Virus record (IMG/VR): IMGVR_UViG_3300037467_000857
Span: 1 to 42,906 of that record
DNA length: 42,906 bases
From: a virus
Lineage: Duplodnaviria; Caudoviricetes
Strand: one strand, 5' to 3'
Shown piece after piece: positions 25,948 to 34,575 of this stretch. The first letter of the stretch is position 1; each line of letters begins with the position of its first letter. The notes below the pieces were generated by a model that was given only the letters and a program-made list of their open reading frames with translations, was not told the DNA's origin and did no database searches. The position numbers and the translations under genes were made by a program.

Positions 25948-26351
25948 TTTTTTAGCTGCGCCGCTTTCTCGGCTGCGTTGATCGCGTCGACCGTCGGCTG
26001 GATCACGTTGACCACGTACCAGGCCATGACGGTGGCTAGGCCGTCGTCGCCGAGGCGCACGATCAGCGCCTCCACTTCCCGATCGCTCGCCGGCGGGAGC
26101 ACCGGGACATCATCGATGTCAGCGATCCAGATCAGCGGGTTGATCATCCGCATATAGGTGTCGTTCGCCGCGTACTCTGGCCCAACCGCCTTGATGAGGC
26201 GAAACTGTGCCAGCGGATCGGGCTTGCGGACGCTGATCTTGCGGCCCCGCTCGTCGGTCAGGACGGCGGCCTTGAGCGCGTCCTGGATCATCGTTTCGCT
26301 CGGAGAGGCGGGAGCGGCCACCTCCCCTTCGTTCACCTTCAGCTTGGTCAT
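25944..26351 (-). CDS. Tail assembly chaperone (gpG-like)
   Basis: Follows the tube gene; ends CTA AAA AAC TAG. Confidence 0.8.
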   Translation of the reverse strand: MTKLKVNEGEVAAPASPSETMIQDALKAAVLTDERGRKISVRKPDPLAQFRLIKAVGPEYAANDTYMRMINPLIWIADIDDVPVLPPASDREVEALIVRLGDDGLATVMAWYVVNVIQPTVDAINAAEKAAQLKN

Positions 26352-26360
26352 GGCTCAGCC

Positions 26361-26801
26361 CTAGGCGATCTTTACGCGGCGGGAGGCCTTGAAGGAGAGC
26401 TTCATCTTCACGACTTGGTCCTGCATCCGCTCGCCGGCATCCTCCATGTAGAGGCAGACACCGGTGTAGCGGTACTGCGTGACCGAGCCGTTCACCTCCG
26501 CGTTCGTCTCGGTGATGGTGATCGTGTCGGAGTTCAGGCCGCCGAAGTAGTTGGCCTCCTGCTGGGCGATGTAATCGTCGAGCGACGATGAGGCACGCTC
26601 CACGGTGAACGTGCCCTCCCAGCCCGCCGGCAGTTCGGCGAACAGGATGCGACCGTCCAGCGGCTTCGATTCCAGCTTGTGGGTGAGCTGCTTGGCCTGG
26701 AAGCCGGTGATGTTGGTGATCCGGAGGAGCCCGCTCGACGTGGAAATGTCGAGCGTGGTGTCCTTGCCGGTGTTGTAGCCGCCGGGGCCGCTGACGGGCA
26801 T
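26361..26801 (-). CDS. Tail tube protein
   Basis: 146 aa after the sheath (MPVSGPGGYNTG...); RBS AGGAGA. Confidence 0.85.
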   Translation of the reverse strand: MPVSGPGGYNTGKDTTLDISTSSGLLRITNITGFQAKQLTHKLESKPLDGRILFAELPAGWEGTFTVERASSSLDDYIAQQEANYFGGLNSDTITITETNAEVNGSVTQYRYTGVCLYMEDAGERMQDQVVKMKLSFKASRRVKIA

Positions 26802-26824
26802 GGGTCTCTCCTGTCGAGAAGGGG

Positions 26825-28336
26825 TTAGGCCGCGAGCGGCAGTGTCGATTGCGGGACGACGACGGTCTGGCCGCCAGAGAAGTCGATCTGGAAGTACTCG
26901 ACGACGCTCTGGTAGGTGACGACCACGGTCGCCTTCTGGATGCCGAGCTGGGTCTGTTGGCTCGGGTTGTTCCGGGCGTCGACCTGCACCGAGTAGGCGC
27001 TGATCCGGCCGGCCTGCTTCTCGTTCTCCAGGAAGGAGCCGATCGCCGAGGCGGCCTCGCGCATCTCGTTCGGCGTGATCAGGCGCCCGACAAACTGGCC
27101 CGTACCCGGCGCGGCCGACATCGACCGGGCCAGATAGTTGGTCATGGTGGTGTAGGGGTCCTGGTGCTTGCCCGGGTCGGACGAAGCATTCCGACCGAAG
27201 CGGAACGAAAAGTAGTTCCCGCCCGGGCTCGGGCTCATCAGGAGGTCGCCGCGGGCGGCGCCGAGGCTGATCAGCTCTGCGGTCGAATAGGTCTGGTTCA
27301 GGACCGACTTCTGGGTGCCGATGACCCCCTGGACGGCCTTGTTCAGCGCGGTCTGATGGGGGCCGACAACCGCCTTCATCCCGGCCTTCACGCCCTGCGG
27401 TGAAACCAGGCGCTGCAGGTTGTTCACCGCGTCGAGGAAATAGCACCAGTCGCCGAAAATGATCGAGATCCAGGGATCGTCGATCGTGTTCGTCGTGGTG
27501 AAGTTGGAGATGGTGTCGCCCGCCGGGCTGACCGCGATCGCCTCGCAGAGCTCGGACTTGGCGAACGCCAGCTGCGTCGCCCACGAGGACGAGGCGTCGG
27601 CGTCGGCCAGCACCATCAGCGCCAGGCCGGTGTTGCGCAGGGCGTACATGCCGGAGCGCGGTACGGAGTCGGAGCCGATCAGGGTGGTGGCCGTGATCGA
27701 GGACGCCCCATCCGTGCCGGACGCCAGTGTGGTGGTCCCGAGCGTCGGGACCGTGGTTCCGGCGCCAGCAGAGGCGGTGACGAGGTTCGACGGGCCACGG
27801 GTCGTGGACTGGCCGTTGTTGATCGCCGCGGCCATCGCGACCCAGAGCGCGTTCCCCGAGCCCGCGATGTTGTCGAAGGTCTCCGGCGGCAGGCCCGGCA
27901 GCGATAGCGTGATCTTGTAGGTCGAGGGCGCTGTGCCGCTCGCGATCACGGCGCTGATGCTGTTGCCGCGCGTGCCGGTGTACTTGGCGGTCAGCGTCAG
28001 GCAGTTGGTCTGGATGATGGCCGTGGCCGCCGTGTCGGTGCCGTCGGTCGCGCGGACCGCGACGAAGTTGTTGGCGCCCTGCAGCACCGCGAGGGCGACA
28101 GCGGTCAGCATGTCGTACTTGCGTGCCTGCATCGGACCGAAGGCGGCGGTCGCGCCGGCGAAGTCGCCGAAGGTCACCGGCGAGTTCACCGGGCCCCAGG
28201 TCGCGGACCCAACGATCCCGATCAGGTTGGCCACGGCGCCGGGCAGCGGGGCGGCGGGCGGCGGCTGGATGTTCATGTAGACATCCGGCACGCCGTAGGC
28301 GGCGGGGTTCACCCCGTTGAAGGCGACTTGAGGCAC
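26825..28336 (-). CDS. Contractile tail sheath protein
   Basis: VPDVYM, IGIVGSATWGPVN, AKYTGTRGN, LASGTDG motifs. Confidence 0.92.
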   Translation of the reverse strand: MPQVAFNGVNPAAYGVPDVYMNIQPPPAAPLPGAVANLIGIVGSATWGPVNSPVTFGDFAGATAAFGPMQARKYDMLTAVALAVLQGANNFVAVRATDGTDTAATAIIQTNCLTLTAKYTGTRGNSISAVIASGTAPSTYKITLSLPGLPPETFDNIAGSGNALWVAMAAAINNGQSTTRGPSNLVTASAGAGTTVPTLGTTTLASGTDGASSITATTLIGSDSVPRSGMYALRNTGLALMVLADADASSSWATQLAFAKSELCEAIAVSPAGDTISNFTTTNTIDDPWISIIFGDWCYFLDAVNNLQRLVSPQGVKAGMKAVVGPHQTALNKAVQGVIGTQKSVLNQTYSTAELISLGAARGDLLMSPSPGGNYFSFRFGRNASSDPGKHQDPYTTMTNYLARSMSAAPGTGQFVGRLITPNEMREAASAIGSFLENEKQAGRISAYSVQVDARNNPSQQTQLGIQKATVVVTYQSVVEYFQIDFSGGQTVVVPQSTLPLAA

Positions 28337-28371
28337 GTCCTATCTCCGGTCTGGAGGGTTGTCGGGGCGGA

Positions 28372-28617
28372 TCAGGCCGAGGCCTTGGCGCTCTTCGGCG
28401 CAGGCGGTGCTTCCGGCTGCGGGTCCGGCGCGAAGAAGCTCTCCGGCACATCGGTCGGAGTGCAGAAGTGCGCCTGGCCGGCGGCTTGGACCGAAGCCAT
28501 CACGGCCGGATCCTTGATCATGTCGCCGACCTTGAAGTCGACGGGATCGGGCGCAGGCGCGCCCTCGGGAGCGGCGGGCACGTGGCTGAAGCCGTGCCGC
28601 ACGACGAGAACCTTCAT
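28372..28617 (-). CDS. Small pre-sheath protein
   Basis: RBS GAGGA, MKVLVVRHGF...; typical small gene before a sheath gene. Confidence 0.6.
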   Translation of the reverse strand: MKVLVVRHGFSHVPAAPEGAPAPDPVDFKVGDMIKDPAVMASVQAAGQAHFCTPTDVPESFFAPDPQPEAPPAPKSAKASA

Positions 28618-28627
28618 GGCGATGTCC

Positions 28628-29482
28628 TCAGCTGTAAGAGGTGTTGAGCGGCGTTCCATCAGCCGCGGACAGGTCGGTCTCTTGCGCCACGATCTGGGCG
28701 GCGGATCCGGAGAGGGTCGTGGGGTACTCGACGCAGTAGATGAGCGAGCGTCGGTAGATGCGCTGCTTCTGCACGAAGTCGTCCTCGCGCTCGGCCTCGT
28801 AGCGGAGCCGCGCCACCGAGCCATCCGGCAGGGTGAAGCGCTGCGTATCGGCGAGCAGCGGGTCGAATAGGTCAGAGACCGCGGCGCGGCTTGCGGGGCT
28901 CGACGCCCAGGTCGAGATCTGGAACCGGCGCTCCTGGCGACGCACCTCGCGGAACCAGCTGCCGGTCGATCCGACCCGCAACGCGCCGATGCGGGTCGTC
29001 GCCGGGACGGTGATCGCGGCGCCCGAGATCGTGGCGCTAGGGAAGTCGGCAAGGACAGCCGCATAGAGCGCCGCGGCGACCTGGGCGGCTGTCTGGCCTG
29101 CGGTGGCCTGCACGACGTAGGGCTTGCCGTTCAGGAAGGCCGCGAGGTTCTGGGCGACATAGGTGACGGGCGCCGCGCCGCCGACAGTGATGACGGCGCC
29201 CGCCGCAGTCAGCGTGTAGGTCGTGGCCGGCGCCGGGCTTTCCTGCTCGTGGGCGTGATAGCGGGTCGTGTTTCGGGTGTTTGGCAGCGGGTAGATCGAG
29301 ACGTGCGCAGCGTTCGGAACGCCGTTCACTTCGACCACGTCGTTGTCGAGGTCCTGCGAGTTCGGCCAGCCGGGGTAGATCTTCACCGGATAGCCCAGCA
29401 CCGAGGGCGGCTGGCCGGTCGGGTAGATCACGCCGCCGATCAGGGCGACTAGCCCGTTCTCGACGTCGGACACGCTCGCCAT
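28628..29482 (-). CDS. Tail terminator/neck protein
   Basis: KIYPGWP, HVSIYP; position before the sheath. Confidence 0.7.
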   Translation of the reverse strand: MASVSDVENGLVALIGGVIYPTGQPPSVLGYPVKIYPGWPNSQDLDNDVVEVNGVPNAAHVSIYPLPNTRNTTRYHAHEQESPAPATTYTLTAAGAVITVGGAAPVTYVAQNLAAFLNGKPYVVQATAGQTAAQVAAALYAAVLADFPSATISGAAITVPATTRIGALRVGSTGSWFREVRRQERRFQISTWASSPASRAAVSDLFDPLLADTQRFTLPDGSVARLRYEAEREDDFVQKQRIYRRSLIYCVEYPTTLSGSAAQIVAQETDLSAADGTPLNTSYS

Positions 29483-29485
29483 GGC

Positions 29486-29833
29486 TTACGCCTCCAGACG
29501 TTCGACCGTCAGCCGGTGCCCGAGGCTGTCCCAGTAATTGGCGATCACCTGGTAGCGCTGGCCCTGGTCATCGACGATGACGTCCCGGTCCAGCACCGAC
29601 CCAGGCGGGAGCGCGGCACGGGGGATGAAGACGTACCAGGACGGCCTGGTCCCATCCCCGGGCAGGCCGACCCGACTGGCCTGGCCCTCTCGGCGCTCCT
29701 GGATCGATGCCGGGATGCCCCAGGCGATGACCTGCTCGGCGGCCTGGGTCTGGCCACCGTAGGCGACGATCCCCTCCCCGCTTTGGCCGCCCGGGCGCCG
29801 CAGCGCGACGACGCGAGGATAGAGGAAGCTCAT
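29486..29833 (-). CDS. Head closure/head-tail adaptor
   Basis: 115 aa beta-rich protein; position. Confidence 0.7.
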   Translation of the reverse strand: MSFLYPRVVALRRPGGQSGEGIVAYGGQTQAAEQVIAWGIPASIQERREGQASRVGLPGDGTRPSWYVFIPRAALPPGSVLDRDVIVDDQGQRYQVIANYWDSLGHRLTVERLEA

Positions 29834-30744
29834 CAGAACAGCAGCTTGGCTTCGAACGGCTCCAGGAGGAGCTTCGTGTCGTTGTCCATGATCGTCGCGC
29901 CGAACCGTTCGAGCTTCGAACCGCCGGCGCCGACAGCCTTGAAGCTGGCGTCGGCCTCTGGTCCGAACTGCATGATCTTGCCGATCACGTTGGCGCAGGC
30001 CTGCTTGATGACGGAGGGCAGGCCGGACGCCGAGAAGCCCGCGAGGTAGCGGATCCGGACGTCGCTGTAATAGGCGAGCATCAGGCCGGCCGGGACCCAG
30101 ACCTCCGAGGTTTGGACGCTCACGTTGGCCTGGCTGACATCGAAGCTCATCCAGGCCGGCGGGCCGCCGAAGGTCTGCAGGGCCGCCAGCAGGTTTGTGT
30201 CGTTGTAGAGACCAGAGACCTGGTCGGATCGGCGGCCATAGGCGTAGCGACCCATGCCGCTGACGAGGCGCACGATCGGATTGCGCGAGAGCCGCGTCAC
30301 CGACCGCTTCGCCGGCAGCGCCCGCTCCTCGAGGATGGTCAGCCCCGCTTCGAGTAGGACACCAGAGGAGTGGTTGTTCCGAACCGAGGCCAGGGTCAGC
30401 TGACCGCCCGATGCCGCGGTGACGACGACAGTCTCGACCGCGCCGGATGTTGCCCGGTCCAGCACCAGGGCTTCGCCCACGATGTCGGATGCGAGCATCG
30501 GGCCCGCGACCGGAACCACCACGTTCTGACCCGGCGAGATCGAGCCGGAGGCGGTGAAGGTCAGGCTCGGGGACAGCGCCGCCATGTAGGCCGGGTTTCC
30601 GACACTATCGGGCGTCCAGATCAGCCCCTCGGGGCGTTTCAGATGGCCATCGATGATGGTGCTGGCTTGCTGGACCTGCTGCGTCGTCGCAGCTGGGACG
30701 CCATAGGTCAGGAGGTCCTGGCCCGCCAGATAAGCCGAGGGCAT
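29833..30744 (-). CDS. Head-tail connector (adaptor) with inserted domain
   Basis: QASTIIDGHL N-terminus; VRIRYLAGF..LPSVIKQAC; LLEPF C-terminus. Confidence 0.7.
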   Translation of the reverse strand: MPSAYLAGQDLLTYGVPAATTQQVQQASTIIDGHLKRPEGLIWTPDSVGNPAYMAALSPSLTFTASGSISPGQNVVVPVAGPMLASDIVGEALVLDRATSGAVETVVVTAASGGQLTLASVRNNHSSGVLLEAGLTILEERALPAKRSVTRLSRNPIVRLVSGMGRYAYGRRSDQVSGLYNDTNLLAALQTFGGPPAWMSFDVSQANVSVQTSEVWVPAGLMLAYYSDVRIRYLAGFSASGLPSVIKQACANVIGKIMQFGPEADASFKAVGAGGSKLERFGATIMDNDTKLLLEPFEAKLLF

Positions 30745-30747
30745 GGG

Positions 30748-31014
30748 CTACCAGAGCGCCTCGATGCCCGTCGCCGTGGTTCCGGTCGCCCAGATCCGGC
30801 TGGCGCGGATCGCGCGGGTCTCGCCCGCCGCGAAGTTCAGCGTCACCGTGGACCCGTTCTTCGTGGTCAGCTTGATCGTGCCGGCGACATTCGCCCGGAT
30901 CCAGCGGGTGACGAAAGCGAGGTCGGTGCTGTCGCTCGGCGTGACGACGGCGGCGTCGTTGGCCGTCGGGCCCGGCTCGGAGCCGTTGGCGATGTAGAAG
31001 TCGAAGGCGGCCAT
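30748..31014 (-). CDS. Head spike base protein, RcGTA Rcc01079-like
   Basis: AVVTPSDSTDL..TR.I...AG...RIWATGTTATGI.ALW signature. Confidence 0.75.
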   Translation of the reverse strand: MAAFDFYIANGSEPGPTANDAAVVTPSDSTDLAFVTRWIRANVAGTIKLTTKNGSTVTLNFAAGETRAIRASRIWATGTTATGIEALW

Positions 31015-31259
31015 CAGGCGGCGACCCCACGCGGGATCAGCAGCGCCGTCCGCTTCGCCATGCCGGTCGCGACAAGGTACTTGCCGAGCGGGTCAGGCAC
31101 ATCGGCCCGTCCGTTCTTGAAGTGGACCTCGATCATCCGGGGCTCACCGCTCTCGTTCACCCAGGCCGCGTCGGTCCCGGCCTTGGTGGCGCGCGGGTCA
31201 GCGGCAGGCGAGACGTACATGGTGTGGCTGTTCAGGCCGCCGGGGTAGTAGACGCGCAT
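31014..31259 (-). CDS. Small head-associated hypothetical protein
   Basis: RBS AAGGAG; follows the capsid gene. Confidence 0.65.
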   Translation of the reverse strand: MRVYYPGGLNSHTMYVSPAADPRATKAGTDAAWVNESGEPRMIEVHFKNGRADVPDPLGKYLVATGMAKRTALLIPRGVAA

Positions 31260-31283
31260 TGTGGGCTCCTTGTGTGAGAGGAA

Positions 31284-31308
31284 GGGGCGACCCCGAAGAG
31301 CCGCCCCC
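31284..31308 (-). terminator. GC hairpin with UUCG loop after the capsid gene (weak terminator or stabiliser)
   Basis: GGGGCGGCTC-TTCG-GGGTCGCCCC followed by TTCCTCTC (poor U-tract). Confidence 0.55.
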
Positions 31309-31326
31309 TATTCGCTCAGCTCAGGA

Positions 31327-32382
31327 TCAGCCCGGCGTGACCGTCGGGCGGACCACGGCCACGGTGGCGTGGGCCGCGTCCGGCCGCTTGGCGACGACCG
31401 CGTTGAAGTGGATGCCCACGTACTGGCCTTGCAGGCCGGCCAGGAGGCCGAGCTGGAAGATGCGCGGCTTCAGGTTGCCGTCGGCGCCGTGCACCACGGG
31501 CATCTCGATCAGCTTCTCCGTGACGATCACGGCGAAGTAGTTGGAGTTGCCCGAGCCCGGCGCGGAGAAGCCGAACTGCCCGGTGCCGTCCAGCGGCAGG
31601 TAGGGGTCCGGGATCAGCGGGAGATCGCCGGCCTGGGTCGACAGGAACTTGACCGACACGCCGGCCACAACCTCGCGGGTGTGAAGGTCGATGTGCGCGG
31701 CCTTGGCCTCCCGGTCGATCAGGTCGTTCAGGATCGGGTTGACGTAGATCGCCGTCGGGCGCGGCGCCTGCGTCTGGTTCGCCATCATCGAGGCGACCTT
31801 CGCCTTCAGGCCGTCAATGATCGAGGCGCCGAGGCCGATGGTCGCCTGGTTGGTGATCTGCGTCAGGATCCCGCAGTAGCTCTGGGTCGAGCTGTCGCCG
31901 ATCGAGGTCGCCGTGCCGTTCCAGACCGCCGAGGCTTCGGCGACGACGATGCCGGACACGATGTCGTCGATGTCCTTGGCCTCGACGTAGGCGAACTGGC
32001 CCTGCATCCGGGTCACGTCGACGTCGAACAGACCGAAGTTGGTCTGGCCGGCGAGCGCCTTGATGTAGACCGCGCGTTCGGTACGGGTCGGGCCGCCGGC
32101 CGACGGGGCGATGTTCCGCGGGTCGGTGAAGCCGCCCGAGGTGATCGCCGTCTGGTCGAAGAAGCGGTGCGGGTGCCCGTTCGCAGGAACGGTGTCGACG
32201 CGCTGCAGGAACACGCTCTCGCGGCGGATGATGTCGACGATCTCCGACTCGTAGCGGTTCACCTCGATGGCGCCGTTCCCGAGGTAGTCGGCGGACGCCA
32301 TGATGCGGGCGAGCGGGGTGCCGTTGATGGCCAGCGACGGGTCAGCGAAGCCCGCCGTCACTCGGCCGGTGTCAGTGCTCAT
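31327..32382 (-). CDS. Major capsid protein (HK97 fold inferred)
   Basis: 351 aa after the protease/scaffold; PTAIYVNP; strong RBS. Confidence 0.85.
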   Translation of the reverse strand: MSTDTGRVTAGFADPSLAINGTPLARIMASADYLGNGAIEVNRYESEIVDIIRRESVFLQRVDTVPANGHPHRFFDQTAITSGGFTDPRNIAPSAGGPTRTERAVYIKALAGQTNFGLFDVDVTRMQGQFAYVEAKDIDDIVSGIVVAEASAVWNGTATSIGDSSTQSYCGILTQITNQATIGLGASIIDGLKAKVASMMANQTQAPRPTAIYVNPILNDLIDREAKAAHIDLHTREVVAGVSVKFLSTQAGDLPLIPDPYLPLDGTGQFGFSAPGSGNSNYFAVIVTEKLIEMPVVHGADGNLKPRIFQLGLLAGLQGQYVGIHFNAVVAKRPDAAHATVAVVRPTVTPG

Positions 32383-32406
32383 GTCCTTGTTTCCTTAGCC
32401 GAGGGG

Positions 32407-33753
32407 TTAGGCCAGCACGCCGGCTTGGCCGAGGCTCGCCTTGATCCGCAGGCGCTCGGTGACGCTGAGGTGCGCCAGGGCCTTGTCGACGGCGCCGGCG
32501 GTGAGCTTGCCGTCGCCTTCGGGCGTATCGAGGCCCGCCTTCGCCAGGATCGCGGTGACCTGCGGCGAGAGCGTCTTGCGCTCCGGAGCCGGCTTGGTGT
32601 CCGCCGCGGAGGCCTTCAGGTCCTTCACCACGGATTCCAGCGACTTCACCTGGGCCTCGAGGTCCTTGACCTTCGGGTCGTCCGCCTTGGTGTCAGCCGC
32701 GGCGTAGGCCGGGTAGTCGTGGTCGCGGAAGATGTGCGGGATCTTCCCGACAGCGGCCGCAGCCCGCATCTGGCCGGCCATCCGGCGCAGCACGGCGGCG
32801 TGGCCGTTCTGCGGATCGGCGCCGATGCCGGCGGCTTCCATGGAATCGGCCGCCGCCTCGCACGCCGAGGCGTGGGGTTCGACCTTCGACAGGAGGTTGG
32901 CCGCCTCGACGCGGGTTGCCTCGATCTTGGTCTGGCTCGCCTCGATGGAGGCGATCTTCTCGTTCACAGGCTTCAGGGCTTCCGCCAGCACGGCCTGCAG
33001 TTCTTCCTTGGTCATCTCGATGTCTCCGGCCGCCGAGGCGGCAAGTGAGGTTGTGGTGTAGGCGGCCTTGTCCTTTCGGAGGATGGCGGCGCCGGTGAGC
33101 ACACAGTCCTCGATCACCAGGGGGTCCGCGCCCGGGTCTGCCACCACCAGGTCCTGGGCTTCGATCGAGAAGCCCAAGGCCCGCTTGGCGGCGCGAATGC
33201 GCGCGGCGGTATCTGGGAAGTCGGCTGCGTAGACGAAGCCTTCGATCTGGATCTCGTCGTCGACGACGTTGGCCGCCGTGATGATCCCGATCTTCTTCTG
33301 GACGTCGTGGCCGTCGAACTCCGGGGTGAAGTCGACAGCCATTCCGAGCAGTGTCGGCAGAGCCTTCTCGGCGGCTGCCTTGGTGAGGACGATGCGCCGG
33401 CCGCCCGTGCCCCCGGGCGGCTTGTCGGACGGCACATCCAGCTTGATCAGCACGCCCGAGAACGGCATCCGGTTCGGATGGCCATCGCCGTCTGGCATGC
33501 TGAGCGCCATGGCCTCGAGGCTGGCGGCCTTGAGTTTCGACCAGCCCGAGGTGTCCATGCCGAGCTCCTTGGCCCGCTCCATGATCCGGTGGCGGGCCGC
33601 GCCGCGCTCTTCAGGCGTGAGGTCCTTGGTGCGCTCGACCATGTCCCACGCCATGCTGGTGTGCTTGGCGTCGTGGATCGGCAGCGCACGCTTGCCCGGA
33701 ACAGCGAAGTCGCTGTCCGGAAGCGCCTCTCGCTCGGCTTTGGACAGGGCCAT
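32407..33753 (-). CDS. Prohead protease/scaffold with N-terminal DUF6582-like domain
   Basis: LPDSDFAVPGKRALPIHD N-domain; H...IGII...GFSIE protease-like core; helical C-terminal scaffold. Confidence 0.75.
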   Translation of the reverse strand: MALSKAEREALPDSDFAVPGKRALPIHDAKHTSMAWDMVERTKDLTPEERGAARHRIMERAKELGMDTSGWSKLKAASLEAMALSMPDGDGHPNRMPFSGVLIKLDVPSDKPPGGTGGRRIVLTKAAAEKALPTLLGMAVDFTPEFDGHDVQKKIGIITAANVVDDEIQIEGFVYAADFPDTAARIRAAKRALGFSIEAQDLVVADPGADPLVIEDCVLTGAAILRKDKAAYTTTSLAASAAGDIEMTKEELQAVLAEALKPVNEKIASIEASQTKIEATRVEAANLLSKVEPHASACEAAADSMEAAGIGADPQNGHAAVLRRMAGQMRAAAAVGKIPHIFRDHDYPAYAAADTKADDPKVKDLEAQVKSLESVVKDLKASAADTKPAPERKTLSPQVTAILAKAGLDTPEGDGKLTAGAVDKALAHLSVTERLRIKASLGQAGVLA

Positions 33754-33765
33754 AGCCGGAGCGGC

Positions 33766-33975
33766 CTAGAGCAGGTTGCTCTGAATGGTGGTCAGCGTGG
33801 TCTTGTTCGAGCCCGCCGGGATCACCTTCAGGAGTTCGCCGATCAGGTTCGCCAGCTCGGTCGCGGTCTGCTTGGCGCAGATCAGGATCTCGGAGGCGTT
33901 CACAGCCTTGGCGTGGCACGCGGCCAGCTCCGGAGCGGTCAGGGTGATGCCCTGGATATCGGTCTTCGTCGTCAT
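33766..33975 (-). CDS. Hypothetical protein
   Basis: In the operon between portal and protease. Confidence 0.6.
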   Translation of the reverse strand: MTTKTDIQGITLTAPELAACHAKAVNASEILICAKQTATELANLIGELLKVIPAGSNKTTLTTIQSNLL

Positions 33976-33978
33976 CTC

Positions 33979-34272
33979 TCAGCCCTCGTGCTTGCGGACG
34001 AGCGCGAGGACTTCGCCTAGCTCGCCGTCGAGATCGCCGGTGAGATGCACTGCGAATGCCTTCACCTCCGACCATTTCATTGCGAATTGAGAGACCAGGC
34101 TCTCGTGGTTGCGCGGCGGGGCGATGCTGACCGCATCCGGGTCCGCAGGCGCGTCCTCGAGGTCGGCCTCGGCCACGACGACCTCGACGGTCTCAACGAC
34201 CTCCGGAGCAGCGGCTTCGTCGGCCACAGCGTCGACCTCGGCGCCGTCTTCAGACTTGCGGGCCGCCATCAC
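33979..34272 (-). CDS. Acidic hypothetical protein
   Basis: Coupled ORF in the head operon. Confidence 0.6.
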   Translation of the reverse strand: MMAARKSEDGAEVDAVADEAAAPEVVETVEVVVAEADLEDAPADPDAVSIAPPRNHESLVSQFAMKWSEVKAFAVHLTGDLDGELGEVLALVRKHEG

Positions 34273-34574
34273 GCGACCACCAGGATGTCGACCGAGCCGG
34301 CCGACAGGGTGTTGGCGGCGAGACGGGGTTCGATGTTGACGGTGAAGCCGGTCTGCGTCCGGGCGGTCACGAAGCCGGTGGCGTCCTGGCCGAGCCCCAG
34401 CAGGACCGAGTACTTGGCCGGCAGCTTCAGGCCGGTGACGGCAAGCGTCACGACCTGGCCGGCGCCGCCGCCGGCGCTGTAGGCCTGCTGCGGCAGATGG
34501 GCGAGGATCACACGATCCCCCATCGCCAGGGTCGAACCGTCGATCACCTCGACGGTGTGGAGGTCTTGAGCCAT
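34269..34574 (-). CDS. Small beta-rich protein, possible head decoration
   Basis: Directly after the portal gene. Confidence 0.6.
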   Translation of the reverse strand: MAQDLHTVEVIDGSTLAMGDRVILAHLPQQAYSAGGGAGQVVTLAVTGLKLPAKYSVLLGLGQDATGFVTARTQTGFTVNIEPRLAANTLSAGSVDILVVA

Positions 34575-34575
34575 G

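Noticed and set aside
26361-28451. 696-aa ORF overlapping the sheath gene
   Set aside because: Only the last 146 aa (from ATG 26801, with RBS) look like the tube protein; the rest is an Arg/Pro-rich off-frame extension
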